A DNA stretch of 64,000 nucleotides from an uncultured Gemmatimonadales bacterium (GTDB taxonomy: Bacteria > Gemmatimonadota > Gemmatimonadetes > Gemmatimonadales > GWC2-71-9), in assembly GCA_963828735.1 (NCBI GenBank), contig CAWHFW010000005.1, positions 1,760,001-1,824,000 on the forward strand, in the 5' to 3' direction. Positions 55,203 to 64,000 of the stretch are shown piece by piece (the stretch's first letter is position 1; each line of letters begins with the position of its first letter). The notes beneath the pieces were generated by a model, which worked only from the letters and a program-made list of their open reading frames with translations, did no database searches and had not been told where the DNA came from. The translations under genes and the position numbers were made by a program.

Positions 55203-56372
55203 CTACACGTACCTGAGCCATGCGTCCGTTCGCCTCGCCTTGAGCTCCGCGAACCAGCGGCACGCGACGAACAGGATGATCACCGCCACGGCCCATACGA
55301 GATACAGCAGGCCGAGACTCCAGGTGTAACCTTCGGGCGCGGGCGGGTTCCCCATCGGGTGATTCGCGAACAGCCACGGGCTCACGCTACCCTGCCGCAG
55401 CCATGATACCACGAGCGCAAGCGCGTGGATCAAGGGGATGTGCAGGACGTAATAGAAGAAGGGGACCCGGCCGAACACGGTCACCCACCTCGCGACCGCG
55501 CCGCGGGCCCGCTCGAGCGCCGGCATCAATGCGATCGTCGGTCCGAGCGTCATCAGCAGGAAGCTCAGCGAGGCCGGATACTTGGTGGTGTTCAGGAACG
55601 AGAGCAGCGCCGGCATGTCCGTCCCCGAGCTCCAGGGCCGCGGATCCCCGTACAGGTTGAGCCCTCTGAGGAGCAGGAAGAGCGCGATACCGCCGAGCCC
55701 CACCGCGTAACAGATCCGGTCCCGCCGGGCCGGCTCGAGCACCAGCACCTTGCCGAACGCGTATCCCGCCGCCATCACGCCCACCCACGGAACGATCGAG
55801 TACAGCACCATGAGGGGGCCGATCGGCGGTTCGGCGAAGGCGGTGTACAGGATCGTCCTGAGCCCCTGCGGCAACCCGGGCAGGAGCCTCGGCATCACGG
55901 CGTTGTGCAGGGCGATGACGGCGAGCCCGAGTCCTCCCACGGCGCCCGGCGGCAGGCGGACGAGGCCGGCCATGAGGACCATGCACCAGCCGATCACCCA
56001 GATCACGCCGGCCAGGAGATAGTGCGAGAAGTCGAAGTTGAACGTCCACGCCACCCGGATGACCGTGAGCTCGAGGAGCACGAGCCACAGGCCGCGGAAG
56101 AACAGGAAGCGCGAGACGTCGGGATGCCGGCGTCCGTAGAAGAAGGCGCTCGTGCCGGCGAGGAAGACGAAGGCGGGCGCGCAGAAGTGGGTGATCCAAC
56201 GGGTGAAGAAAATGCCCGGGGTGGGACCACCCGGCGGAAGCCCCGAGTACACGCGGACGTGGTCGATCGCCATCAGGATCATCACGCCGCCGCGAATGAG
56301 GTCCACCGAGGCGATCCGGGAAGTGCCCGGCGCTTCCGCCGGGGCGGTTGGACGCTCGAGTCTGGCGCTCAT
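55203..56372 (-). CDS. DUF1624 / HGSNAT-like membrane acyltransferase
   Basis: RIASVDLIRGGVMILMAIDHVR, TRWITHFCAP, KYPASL, FGRVPFFYY. Confidence 0.88.
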   Translation of the reverse strand: MSARLERPTAPAEAPGTSRIASVDLIRGGVMILMAIDHVRVYSGLPPGGPTPGIFFTRWITHFCAPAFVFLAGTSAFFYGRRHPDVSRFLFFRGLWLVLLELTVIRVAWTFNFDFSHYLLAGVIWVIGWCMVLMAGLVRLPPGAVGGLGLAVIALHNAVMPRLLPGLPQGLRTILYTAFAEPPIGPLMVLYSIVPWVGVMAAGYAFGKVLVLEPARRDRICYAVGLGGIALFLLLRGLNLYGDPRPWSSGTDMPALLSFLNTTKYPASLSFLLMTLGPTIALMPALERARGAVARWVTVFGRVPFFYYVLHIPLIHALALVVSWLRQGSVSPWLFANHPMGNPPAPEGYTWSLGLLYLVWAVAVIILFVACRWFAELKARRTDAWLRYV

Positions 56373-56429
56373 CGGTGACAATCCTCGTCCACCGGGACCC
56401 ACCTGTCAAACCACGCGCCGCGGGCGGCG

Positions 56430-57755
56430 CTAGCGCGTGAGCCGGTAGAGCAGCACCGCGACACGCTGAGTGAGCACGGGCATCGCGTTGAGATTCATGT
56501 GCTCCTCGGGCGAGTGATCTCCGCCGCCCAGCGTGCCCAGGCCGTCGAGCGCGCCTCCGTACGCAGCCACGAACGAGATGTCCCCGGCCCCCCGCGACCC
56601 GGGATCCTGGGCCGCCACCGGTCCCCCGCCGACGGCGCGGCTCACCCGATCGAGCTCGCGAAGAAGCGCGTAGTTCCCGGGCTTGGGCTCCATCGCCGGC
56701 GTGTCGTCCAGGAAGGTGATCTCCGCGGACGTGCCTTCGAGGTGTCGGGCCACGATCTCGCGCATGTGCTGCTGGGCTCGCCGCTTCTGGTCCTCCGAGA
56801 TGAAGCGCAGGTCGCCCGCGGCCACCGCCTCGGGGGCGATGATGTTGAGCTTGCCCGCGACGGTGCCACCGAGGGCGACCGTATCGTACGCCACCTGGGT
56901 TCCACCCAGGAGCACGCCCGGGTTGAACGTCAGATACTGCTCGCCCCCCAGCTCCCGGCGGAATGCGTCCAGGATCCGGGCGAGCTCGTAGATGGCGCCG
57001 TTCCCGTTGGTGAAGATGCCCTGCGAGTGGGCCTGCTTTCCGTGTGCCACGAGCCGCCAGCTGCTGAACCCGCGCCGGGCCACTACTGCGTCCGTGAAGG
57101 TGCTTCCCTCGAACCCGAGGATCACGTCGCTCGCCTTCGCCGCCTCCACCAGGTCCGCCCGCGCGACGCTCAGCGGATCCGCCGTGCTCTCCTCGTCCCC
57201 CATGAGCGCCACGGTGATCGTCGCCCCGTCGAGCGCGCCCTCGGCCTCGAGCGCCCGGAGGGCGGAGAGGATCACCACCACGCCCCCCTTCATGTCGTTG
57301 ACGCCCGGTCCGCGCACCAGCGTGTCCTGGCGCTCGAAGCGCTGGAACGGGCTCGACGGCTCGAAGACGGTGTCCAGGTGGCCGAGTAGCAGCACCCGGC
57401 GGCCCTGTCCCGCCGGCCCCTTCCGTACGGCGAAGAGGTGTCCGGCCCGGTGCATGCTCTCGGGCATCGAGGCCCAGCGGGTGGCGAAACCAAGGCGCTC
57501 CAGCTCCTCCTGGAACACCCGGCCGACCGCGCGCACCCCGTCCACGTTGAGCGTCCCGCTGTTGATGTTCACGACCTGCTCGAGCAGGGTGATGGCCGCG
57601 GCCTGCTGCCGGGGTATCCGGTCGGCGATGGCCCGTTCCTTCGCGGAGAGGGCCGGGGCACCGGAATCCGGCACGGTCGGGGCCGAGCGCTTCTGGGCCT
57701 GGGCAGCCGACGCGAGCGAGACGAGCAGGAGAAGCGCGAGCGGCAGTCTGGGCAT
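56430..57755 (-). CDS. M20/M25/M40 metallopeptidase (carboxypeptidase G2-like), secreted
   Basis: Signal peptide; GHLDTVF, GPGVNDMKGG, GDEE, FE, DHSPEE. Confidence 0.92.
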   Translation of the reverse strand: MPRLPLALLLLVSLASAAQAQKRSAPTVPDSGAPALSAKERAIADRIPRQQAAAITLLEQVVNINSGTLNVDGVRAVGRVFQEELERLGFATRWASMPESMHRAGHLFAVRKGPAGQGRRVLLLGHLDTVFEPSSPFQRFERQDTLVRGPGVNDMKGGVVVILSALRALEAEGALDGATITVALMGDEESTADPLSVARADLVEAAKASDVILGFEGSTFTDAVVARRGFSSWRLVAHGKQAHSQGIFTNGNGAIYELARILDAFRRELGGEQYLTFNPGVLLGGTQVAYDTVALGGTVAGKLNIIAPEAVAAGDLRFISEDQKRRAQQHMREIVARHLEGTSAEITFLDDTPAMEPKPGNYALLRELDRVSRAVGGGPVAAQDPGSRGAGDISFVAAYGGALDGLGTLGGGDHSPEEHMNLNAMPVLTQRVAVLLYRLTR

Positions 57756-57881
57756 GGTGAATTGGCGAGAGGGTCGAAGTCGGAATGGGCCGACGCACGG
57801 CGACGCGATCGCGAGGCGGGAGTCCGCGCGACGAAAACGAAAGGCTGGACTGAGCGAACGGAGGGCGATCGACGCCGGTGA

Positions 57882-58226
57882 CTAGCTCGCCAACGTCGCG
57901 ATCCGGCCGGCGAGGTTGCTCGCGGCCTGACCGAGCGGCCTGAGCTCCTCGTGGCGCGGATTCAACGCGCCGGCTCGCAGGTCATCCTCCAGTCCGTGGC
58001 AGATCTCCTTTGCGCGCCGGAGCCGGAAGCGCTCCTGGAACGCGCGGTAGTCGTTGGCGCTTCCGCTCCCCAGCAGATCCCAGAGTCGGAGGCGAAGATC
58101 GTCCACGGAGCTCTTGAAGTCGGCGACCGCCTCGCGTCCGACCTGACCGCTTGCGACCCGCATCTCGATGGCCTGGAGCACGGCGTTGAACGTCGCGACT
58201 TGCTCGGCGAAGGACGTCTCGGGCAT
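57882..58226 (-). CDS. Hypothetical helical protein
   Basis: SD GGAGG; amphipathic helices FKSSVDDLRLRLW...RFRLRRAKEIC. Confidence 0.75.
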   Translation of the reverse strand: MPETSFAEQVATFNAVLQAIEMRVASGQVGREAVADFKSSVDDLRLRLWDLLGSGSANDYRAFQERFRLRRAKEICHGLEDDLRAGALNPRHEELRPLGQAASNLAGRIATLAS

Positions 58227-58406
58227 CAGTCCCTCCGACTTGTGAGGAGCGCGCAAACGATCTGGCTGGGATCGCGCCGGCCACTGTCAGATACCGCGAA
58301 GCTCGTTGATGAGCGGAATGGATAGAAGGTAGGGAGTGGCAGCGCGCGAATCCAGAGGAAGGCGACGAGGATCGCGCGACGAGCGGGCTGGCGGACGTCA
58401 GGCCTC

Positions 58407-58439
58407 TGGACGGACCCGGTATCTCTGACTAAAGTCAGA
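58407..58439 (+). promoter_or_regulatory. Leaderless promoter with operator TCTGACT-AA-AGTCAGA
   Basis: TGGACG (58407-12), 17-bp spacer, TAAAGT (58430-35), 6 nt, ATG; perfect palindrome 58424-39. Confidence 0.78.
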
Positions 58440-58441
58440 CA

Positions 58442-59326
58442 ATGGACCCCGATGCCGTCTCCCAGGTCCGGCGCTTCAACCGACTCGTCACCCAGCGGGC
58501 CGGGGCCCTGGACGACCACTTTCTGGGCCGCGACCGGCCGCTCGGAGAGTCGCGCCTCCTGTACGAGATCGGCCCCGACGGGGCTGATCTTCGCGACCTC
58601 CGCCGACGCCTCGGGCTCGATTCGGGATACGTGAGCCGGCTGGTCAATGCGCTCGAGAAGCAGGGATTGATCCGGCTGAGCCAGCCCGCCGGCGACCAGC
58701 GCGTGCGGAAGGCGCGGTGGACGGCCGCCGGACGGCGGGAGGTTCGAGAGATGAACGGGCGCTCGGACGAAGCCGCGGCCGCGCTGCTCGAAACCCTGCC
58801 ATCGTCCCGGCGGGCGCGCCTGGTGGACGCCATGGCCGAGGTGTGCCGGCTGCTGCAGTTGGCTGGCCTGGAGATCGAACGGGTTGACCCGGCCCATCCC
58901 GCCGCGCGCTGGTGCGTGGACCGCTATTTCGAGGAGCTGAACCGGCGGTTCGAGTCCGGGTTCAATCCGGCGGCGAGCCTCCCGGCCGACGACCGCGATC
59001 TCACGCCGCCTACGGGTGCGTTCCTCGTGGCGTTCGTGGATGGCGACCCGGTGGCCTCCGGCGCGGTCAAGACGGTCTCGCCGGGCGTCGGATCGCTCAA
59101 GCGCATGTGGGTCGCCGACACCGTGCGTGGCCTGGGCATCGGCCGGCGGATGCTCGAGGCCCTGGAGGAGGAGGCGAGGGCGCTCCGCCTCACCCGGCTT
59201 CGCCTCGAGACCAATCACGCGCTCCAGGAGGCCATTCGGCTCTATCTGAGCGCGGGCTATCACGAGGTTCCTGCGTTCAACGCCGACCCGTACGCCCAAC
59301 ACTGGTTCGAGAAGGCGCTGGGCTGA
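58442..59326 (+). CDS. Bifunctional MarR HTH / GNAT acetyltransferase
   Basis: VRRFNRLVT...RLLYEI...LDSGYVSR; LKRMWV...RGLGIGRR...RLETN...NADPYAQHWFEK. Confidence 0.92.
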   Translation: MDPDAVSQVRRFNRLVTQRAGALDDHFLGRDRPLGESRLLYEIGPDGADLRDLRRRLGLDSGYVSRLVNALEKQGLIRLSQPAGDQRVRKARWTAAGRREVREMNGRSDEAAAALLETLPSSRRARLVDAMAEVCRLLQLAGLEIERVDPAHPAARWCVDRYFEELNRRFESGFNPAASLPADDRDLTPPTGAFLVAFVDGDPVASGAVKTVSPGVGSLKRMWVADTVRGLGIGRRMLEALEEEARALRLTRLRLETNHALQEAIRLYLSAGYHEVPAFNADPYAQHWFEKALG

Positions 59327-59422
59327 TCTCACCGCGGGCTCTTGATGACGTACCCCGTACGATGCACGCCGAAGCGCGGCTGGCAGGGTTTCGCCAACCG
59401 CGCCGACGGTTTCACCACCTGC

Positions 59423-59932
59423 TCAGCTGGCCCGGAGGGCCGGCCGGGTCGACTGCTGCAACGCCCATCGAATGCGCTCGAAGTGATGATAGCTGTGCCG
59501 CACCGCGTGATCCTCGAGCATGAACTGGCACGTGAGCGGAGCATCGGCGTTGAGCGACAGCTCGGCCGCGCTGTCGAGCTCCTCGTCGCTCAGCGCCCGG
59601 ATCACCGCCGCGGCCGCGGCGCTGTTCCGCTGCAGCAGGTCCAGCGCCGCCTCCTTGGTGACGGCGTCGTTCTCCTTCGCGTGCTTGGCGTTGATCTCGT
59701 GGACCATATCCCAGGTCACGCCCGTGACCGGCTTCCCACTCGCCAGGACCTGCGCCAGCTGGATCTCGATCGGATACATGCTGGCCACGTGGTGCACCAC
59801 GACGCCGATCTTGCGCCCGTCCTTCGGAATCCGGGTCTGCCACTCCGCGTCCGTCAGACTGCTCGCGAGGCTGGCGAGCGCGCGGGCCCCGTACTCGAGT
59901 CGATCGGCGAGGGCATCGGAACGTTTGCTCAT
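59423..59932 (-). CDS. DinB/MDMPI-like four-helix protein
   Basis: LTDAEW...GVVVHHVA...DHAVRHSYHH. Confidence 0.8.
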   Translation of the reverse strand: MSKRSDALADRLEYGARALASLASSLTDAEWQTRIPKDGRKIGVVVHHVASMYPIEIQLAQVLASGKPVTGVTWDMVHEINAKHAKENDAVTKEAALDLLQRNSAAAAAVIRALSDEELDSAAELSLNADAPLTCQFMLEDHAVRHSYHHFERIRWALQQSTRPALRAS

Positions 59933-59993
59933 TTTTTGTTACCTCTGGCTGATGGGTTGCGAGTCGATGGCCACCTGGTATCCCGGGTGGTCG

Positions 59994-60857
59994 TCAGGCG
60001 ACTCGAGCCTGGACGTCGAGATATTCCCCCACCACCGTCGTCGTGCCGTCGGTGGCAATGTTGTGCTCCTGGAACAACCGAGTAAGCCCGTCACGAAGCC
60101 GGCTGGCCGCCTCGGGATCCGCCGCGCGGAGCGTCGCCACGGTGGGTCCGTAACACGCGGCGAAGAGCTCGGTGACGGCCGCGGGTGGAAACGGGAAGCG
60201 AAGCTCCAGCGTTCGCAGGTTGCAGACGAGCAGATTCACCCGGTTCCCGAACCGCGCGCGCACCACCTCCTCCTTGCCCCACTCGAGCGGGCTCGGCACG
60301 CCTGAGGGCGGCGGAGCCACGGCGGCATGCACCTGCAGCATCCGGCCGGCGAACCCGTTGGGTGTCCAGTTCGCCATCGCCACGTGGCCGCCGGGCCGGG
60401 TCACGCGGAGCAGCTCCGCGGCCGCCCGCTCGGGCCGGTAGGCGAACATGGCGCCGAACATCGAGACGGTGGTGTCGAACTGCCCGTCTACGTAAGGCAA
60501 CGCCTCGGCGTCGCCGATCTCGAAGGCGATGAGGTAGCCGGTAGTGCGCGCCTCCAGGCGAGCCTGCGCGATCAGGTTGGGAGCGAGGTCGATGCCGGTG
60601 ACGCGTGCGCCGAGTCGCGCGGCCGGCAGGGCGAGGTTGCCGGTGCCGCACGCGACGTCGAGCAGCGTCTCGCCCGGACGAAGCGCGAGCCGGCGGACGA
60701 ACTCCTCGGCGCCGGCCGCGAAGCTGCGCGCGATCGGAAGAAAGTCGCCCGAGGTCCAGACCGACCTCGCGCGGGCCGTGAGCGGGTCTTCCGACCAGGT
60801 GCGAACGACGCCCTTGGTGCCGGGGCCGCCGATGCAGGAGTTGCGCTCGTCCGACAT
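59994..60857 (-). CDS. Class I SAM-dependent methyltransferase
   Basis: LDVACGTGN, GDAEALP, FGAMFA, MANWTP. Confidence 0.92.
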   Translation of the reverse strand: MSDERNSCIGGPGTKGVVRTWSEDPLTARARSVWTSGDFLPIARSFAAGAEEFVRRLALRPGETLLDVACGTGNLALPAARLGARVTGIDLAPNLIAQARLEARTTGYLIAFEIGDAEALPYVDGQFDTTVSMFGAMFAYRPERAAAELLRVTRPGGHVAMANWTPNGFAGRMLQVHAAVAPPPSGVPSPLEWGKEEVVRARFGNRVNLLVCNLRTLELRFPFPPAAVTELFAACYGPTVATLRAADPEAASRLRDGLTRLFQEHNIATDGTTTVVGEYLDVQARVA

Positions 60858-61107
60858 GCGATTGCCTCCCTACCGAGTCATGCCGCGCCGACGTGCCGCG
60901 CGTGAGCATCAGTTTGTCAGGGAGGAGCGATTTCGCCTATGACTCCGCGTCCCGAGTTCCTGCTCGGGCGTCGCGCGGCCTGGATCGTGGGAGAAGGTGA
61001 GGTGGGAGGAACGCCACCGAGGGCAGGTGGGCGGCAATCAGGTTTCGGCGACGGGTGGGCTCACGTTACATGCGGGCCTGTGGGCGAGCAGACCTGCGTC
61101 GATGCCG

Positions 61108-62064
61108 CTACGCTCGACCGCCGCGTCGCGCCTCCCGCCAGGCGCCCGGCGCGAGCCCGGTCCCCTTCTTGAACGCCCGGCTGAAGGCCGCTTCCGAGTC
61201 GTACCCCACCTCCGCACCGATCGTCGCGACCTTGGCGCCGGTCTGGGCCAGCAGGTTCGCCGCGACCTGCATGCGCCACTGGGCCAGATACTGCATCGGT
61301 GGCTGGCCGACCAGCTCCCCGAATCGCTTGGCCACGTTCGAGCGCGACGATGCGGCTTCGCGCGCCAGCTCGTCGAGCGACCAGGGGTGACCTGGTCGGG
61401 CGTGGATCAGTCCAAGGACGCGGCCCACGACCTCGTCGCGAAGCCCTGCCAGCCAGCCGGTCTGGCCGGGGCCCATGTCCTCGAGGTACCGCCGGAGCAC
61501 TTCGATGAACATCAGCTCGGCGAGCCGGGTGAGGACGGTGTCGGAGCCTGGCCGTCCGAGGCGGGACTCCTCGGTGACCTGGCGGGTGAACGTGCCGAGC
61601 CAGGTGCCGGACATGCCGCGGACGTGCATGCGGTGCGGCAGCGCCGCGAGGAGCGGATTGAACGGCCGAAGGTCGCAGCCCAGAAAACCGCACACGAACG
61701 ACGCGCCGGTGGGACCGTGATTGCCGAGGTGGACCGTGTCGGGATAGCGCTCCGGAGCGGCGACGTTCACCTCCGGTCCGACGCGAAGGCCGCGCTCGCT
61801 CGACATCACGTGCGCGTCCCCATGGGGGAACACGAGCACGTCGCCCGCGACGACCTCGATCTGCTCCTCGCCGCGCACGCCACCGTAGCAGCGGCCGCCC
61901 GTCAGGATGTGATAGGAGATCAGGTGCTCCGCGGCGGGCAGGATCCTGGGCGAGAGCTCCCGCGCCGCCGCGGTGTCGACACTCCAGGGGTTCACGGCCT
62001 CGACCGCGAAGAAGAACGCGCCGTCGAGGCGGACGACCCGGAGGAGGTCGGAGAGGGGATCCAT
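61108..62064 (-). CDS. AraC family regulator with Cupin_6 domain
   Basis: MDPLSDLL, GDVLVFPHG, RLAELMFIEVLR, WLAGLRD, VGYDSEAAFSRAFK. Confidence 0.93.
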   Translation of the reverse strand: MDPLSDLLRVVRLDGAFFFAVEAVNPWSVDTAAARELSPRILPAAEHLISYHILTGGRCYGGVRGEEQIEVVAGDVLVFPHGDAHVMSSERGLRVGPEVNVAAPERYPDTVHLGNHGPTGASFVCGFLGCDLRPFNPLLAALPHRMHVRGMSGTWLGTFTRQVTEESRLGRPGSDTVLTRLAELMFIEVLRRYLEDMGPGQTGWLAGLRDEVVGRVLGLIHARPGHPWSLDELAREAASSRSNVAKRFGELVGQPPMQYLAQWRMQVAANLLAQTGAKVATIGAEVGYDSEAAFSRAFKKGTGLAPGAWREARRGGRA

Positions 62065-62192
62065 GGCGGAGAATACTACAGGCGGCGCTCCGCCTCCGCG
62101 ATCAGGGCGTCACCAGATCCGCACGCGGACCGCAACGGTCGAGCTTCGGTGAGCGGTGATGGTTCGGGCTGCATGGGCCTCAGAGGAAGGAA

Positions 62193-62227
62193 GGGGAGTG
62201 GTCCGCCAGGCTCGGCCGGTACTCCCC
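62193..62227 (-). terminator. Weak hairpin downstream of the cupin gene
   Basis: GGGGAGT...ACTCCCC followed on the minus strand by a pyrimidine run. Confidence 0.35.
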
Positions 62228-62248
62228 CTGGTGCGACGGATCCAGGTG

Positions 62249-62731
62249 CTACTGGTTGGCCGTCTTCCGCGGATCGTCGGCGGGGTTCACGTAGGTCATG
62301 GCGAACGGGCCCATCGCGGTCACCTGCACGGTGGTCTCGCCGCGGGTCACCGCGTAGTGATGATGCTCCGCCGGCACTTTGCCGCTGTCGCCGGCCTTCA
62401 TGGCATTGGTCTTCGACACGTCCAGCGTGTCGCCCATCCCCACGAGGAAGGTTCCCTCCTTGACCGTCACGGCTTCATCCGTGGGATGGAAATGCGGCGG
62501 GATCTTGTAGCCGTCGGGGAACGACAGCGCGACGGTGAACATCTCGGCCTTCCCCGGGTCGCCCTTGACGACGGCCATCTTCGCGCCCGCGGGGAAGGCC
62601 GGGGGCGCGGCACCCCAGGTCAGCTTGGACGTGTCGTGGGTCTTGGATGTGTCGTACGTGTTGTAGCCGGCCTGGCCGTGAAGCGCGGCGGCCCACAGCA
62701 GGAGGCAGGCGGACAGAGAAAGCGCACGCAT
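62249..62731 (-). CDS. Secreted cupin domain protein
   Basis: Signal peptide; GDPGK, IPPHFHPTDE, HHYA, YVNPADDPR. Confidence 0.88.
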   Translation of the reverse strand: MRALSLSACLLLWAAALHGQAGYNTYDTSKTHDTSKLTWGAAPPAFPAGAKMAVVKGDPGKAEMFTVALSFPDGYKIPPHFHPTDEAVTVKEGTFLVGMGDTLDVSKTNAMKAGDSGKVPAEHHHYAVTRGETTVQVTAMGPFAMTYVNPADDPRKTANQ

Positions 62732-62790
62732 GTTGGATCTCCAGAAAGGGTCCCAGCTCTTGTATCGCCGCCGGCGGACGCCGCACGACG

Positions 62791-63624
62791 TCACGCCCGA
62801 GTCGCCACCACCTCGAGGTATTCGGATTCGATCCGGGTGGCGTCGGGGCCGACGGTATTGTGCTCGGTCCAGAGCCGCACGAGATCGGCGAAGTACGCGC
62901 GCTGGCGCTCGTCATCCAGCGCGGCGAAGGCGCGCACGGTCGGACCATACCACGTCCGGAACAGCTCCACGGTCTGCTCGGGCCCGAACGGATAGGCCAG
63001 GACCATGGCGCGCCGGGTGAGCTGCAGGTCGCTCACGCCGGCGCCGAAGCGCTCCTTCACCACTCCCGGGTCGCCCCAGAGCAGCACCGACGGCATGCCG
63101 GGCGCCGGCGGGACGTAGCCGACGGTCAGCTTCAGCATCCGGCCGACGAAGCCCTCGGGCGTCCAGTTCGCCATCGCGATCCGTCCGCCGGGCCGCGTCA
63201 CCCGCAGCAATTCGCCGCCGGCGCGTTCCGGGTGGGCCGCGAACATCGCGCCGAACATCGTCACCACCGTGTCGAACGTCGCGTCGCCGAACGGCAGCGC
63301 CTCCGCGTCGCCCACGCGCGCGTCGATCGCGAGGCCTTCGGCGGCGGCGCGCGAGGCGAGCTGTGCGACGAGCTCCGGCGCGATGTCGAGACCCGTCGTC
63401 CGCGCGCCCGCGCGCGCGGTGGGCAGCGTCAGATTGCCGGTCCCGCAGGCCACGTCGAGCACCCGCTGGCCGGGCCGCAGGTCGAGCCGCGCGATGAACT
63501 CCGCCGCTCCCGACTCGAAGCCGACCGCGATCCGGCCGAAATCACCCGCCGTCCAGGTGGCGCGCACCCGCTCGCGCAACGCGTCGGCCGGCTGCGGGTC
63601 CGCCTGCTGCTGTGTCGCCGTCAT
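62791..63624 (-). CDS. Class I SAM-dependent methyltransferase (paralog of 59994-60857)
   Basis: WTAGDF, LDVACGTGN, GDAEALP, FGAMFA, YGPTV, EYLEV. Confidence 0.92.
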   Translation of the reverse strand: MTATQQQADPQPADALRERVRATWTAGDFGRIAVGFESGAAEFIARLDLRPGQRVLDVACGTGNLTLPTARAGARTTGLDIAPELVAQLASRAAAEGLAIDARVGDAEALPFGDATFDTVVTMFGAMFAAHPERAGGELLRVTRPGGRIAMANWTPEGFVGRMLKLTVGYVPPAPGMPSVLLWGDPGVVKERFGAGVSDLQLTRRAMVLAYPFGPEQTVELFRTWYGPTVRAFAALDDERQRAYFADLVRLWTEHNTVGPDATRIESEYLEVVATRA

Positions 63625-63761
63625 CTCCGCTCTCCCTTCGCTCCGCTGTGCGGGCAACCTGCAGACGGCGCCCGATCGCCACGTGGCGACCGCATGACGG
63701 TACCGGTTGCCGAAACGGACAACAAGTACGAGATTCGAACCGACCTCGACCCGAGTCTCTG

Positions 63762-64000
63762 ATGACAGATTGTCCCACACGGAGTTACGGTTCCTTCTGC
63801 CCCGTCGCCCAGGCCTCCGAAGTCGTGGCGCAGCGCTGGGTTCCGCTTATTCTGCGCGAGATCATGGTGGGCTACCACCGGTTCAACGAGATCCGCCACG
63901 CTCTGCCGCTCATCTCGCCTTCCGTGCTGTCGCAGCGGCTCAAGTCGCTGGAGGTGGACGGCGTGATCCACCGGCGCGAGGAGCCCGATGGGGTCACCTA
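63762..64000 (+). CDS. HxlR-family winged-helix regulator (runs off window)
   Basis: Own translation MTDCPTRSYGSFCPVAQASEVVAQRWVPLILRE...RFNEI...ISPSVLSQRLKSLE. Imperfect palindrome AGTAC-N7-GAACC at 63725-41. Confidence 0.9.
   Translation, partial: MTDCPTRSYGSFCPVAQASEVVAQRWVPLILREIMVGYHRFNEIRHALPLISPSVLSQRLKSLEVDGVIHRREEPDGVT

Noticed and set aside
62076..62174. 32-codon minus-strand ORF ending GDALIAEAERRL
   Set aside because: Too short to support; the GNAT-like resemblance may be chance.

Overview
High-GC bacterial chromosomal window with about 55 protein-coding genes. Gene content (four Hanks-type Ser/Thr kinases, BTAD regulator, TPR-CHAT protein) suggests Gemmatimonadota; this is inferred, not proven. 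I found no rRNA, tRNA, CRISPR array or recognisable mobile element. The region is dense in signal transduction: four kinases, three ECF sigma factors, two histidine kinases, and ArsR, MarR, MarR-GNAT, AraC and HxlR regulators, several with visible operator palindromes and apparently leaderless promoters. Best candidates for undescribed systems: (1) ECF sigma / zinc anti-sigma / membrane-anchored TPR-CHAT (caspase-like) protease / lipoprotein cassette at 34414-39256, which looks like a CRISPR-independent protease-triggered sigma-release circuit; (2) kinase-TPR / STAS plus unknown domain / ABC permease / ABC ATPase / kinase operon lacking a substrate-binding protein at 45384-51542; (3) secreted cupredoxin fused to an unrecognised His-rich domain, driven with its ECF/anti-sigma pair from back-to-back GGAATA-N15-GAGTC motifs at 31797-34320. 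Two genes carry single-base frameshifts (possibly assembly errors), and there are two short gene remnants. All product calls come from motif recognition by eye; no searches were run.
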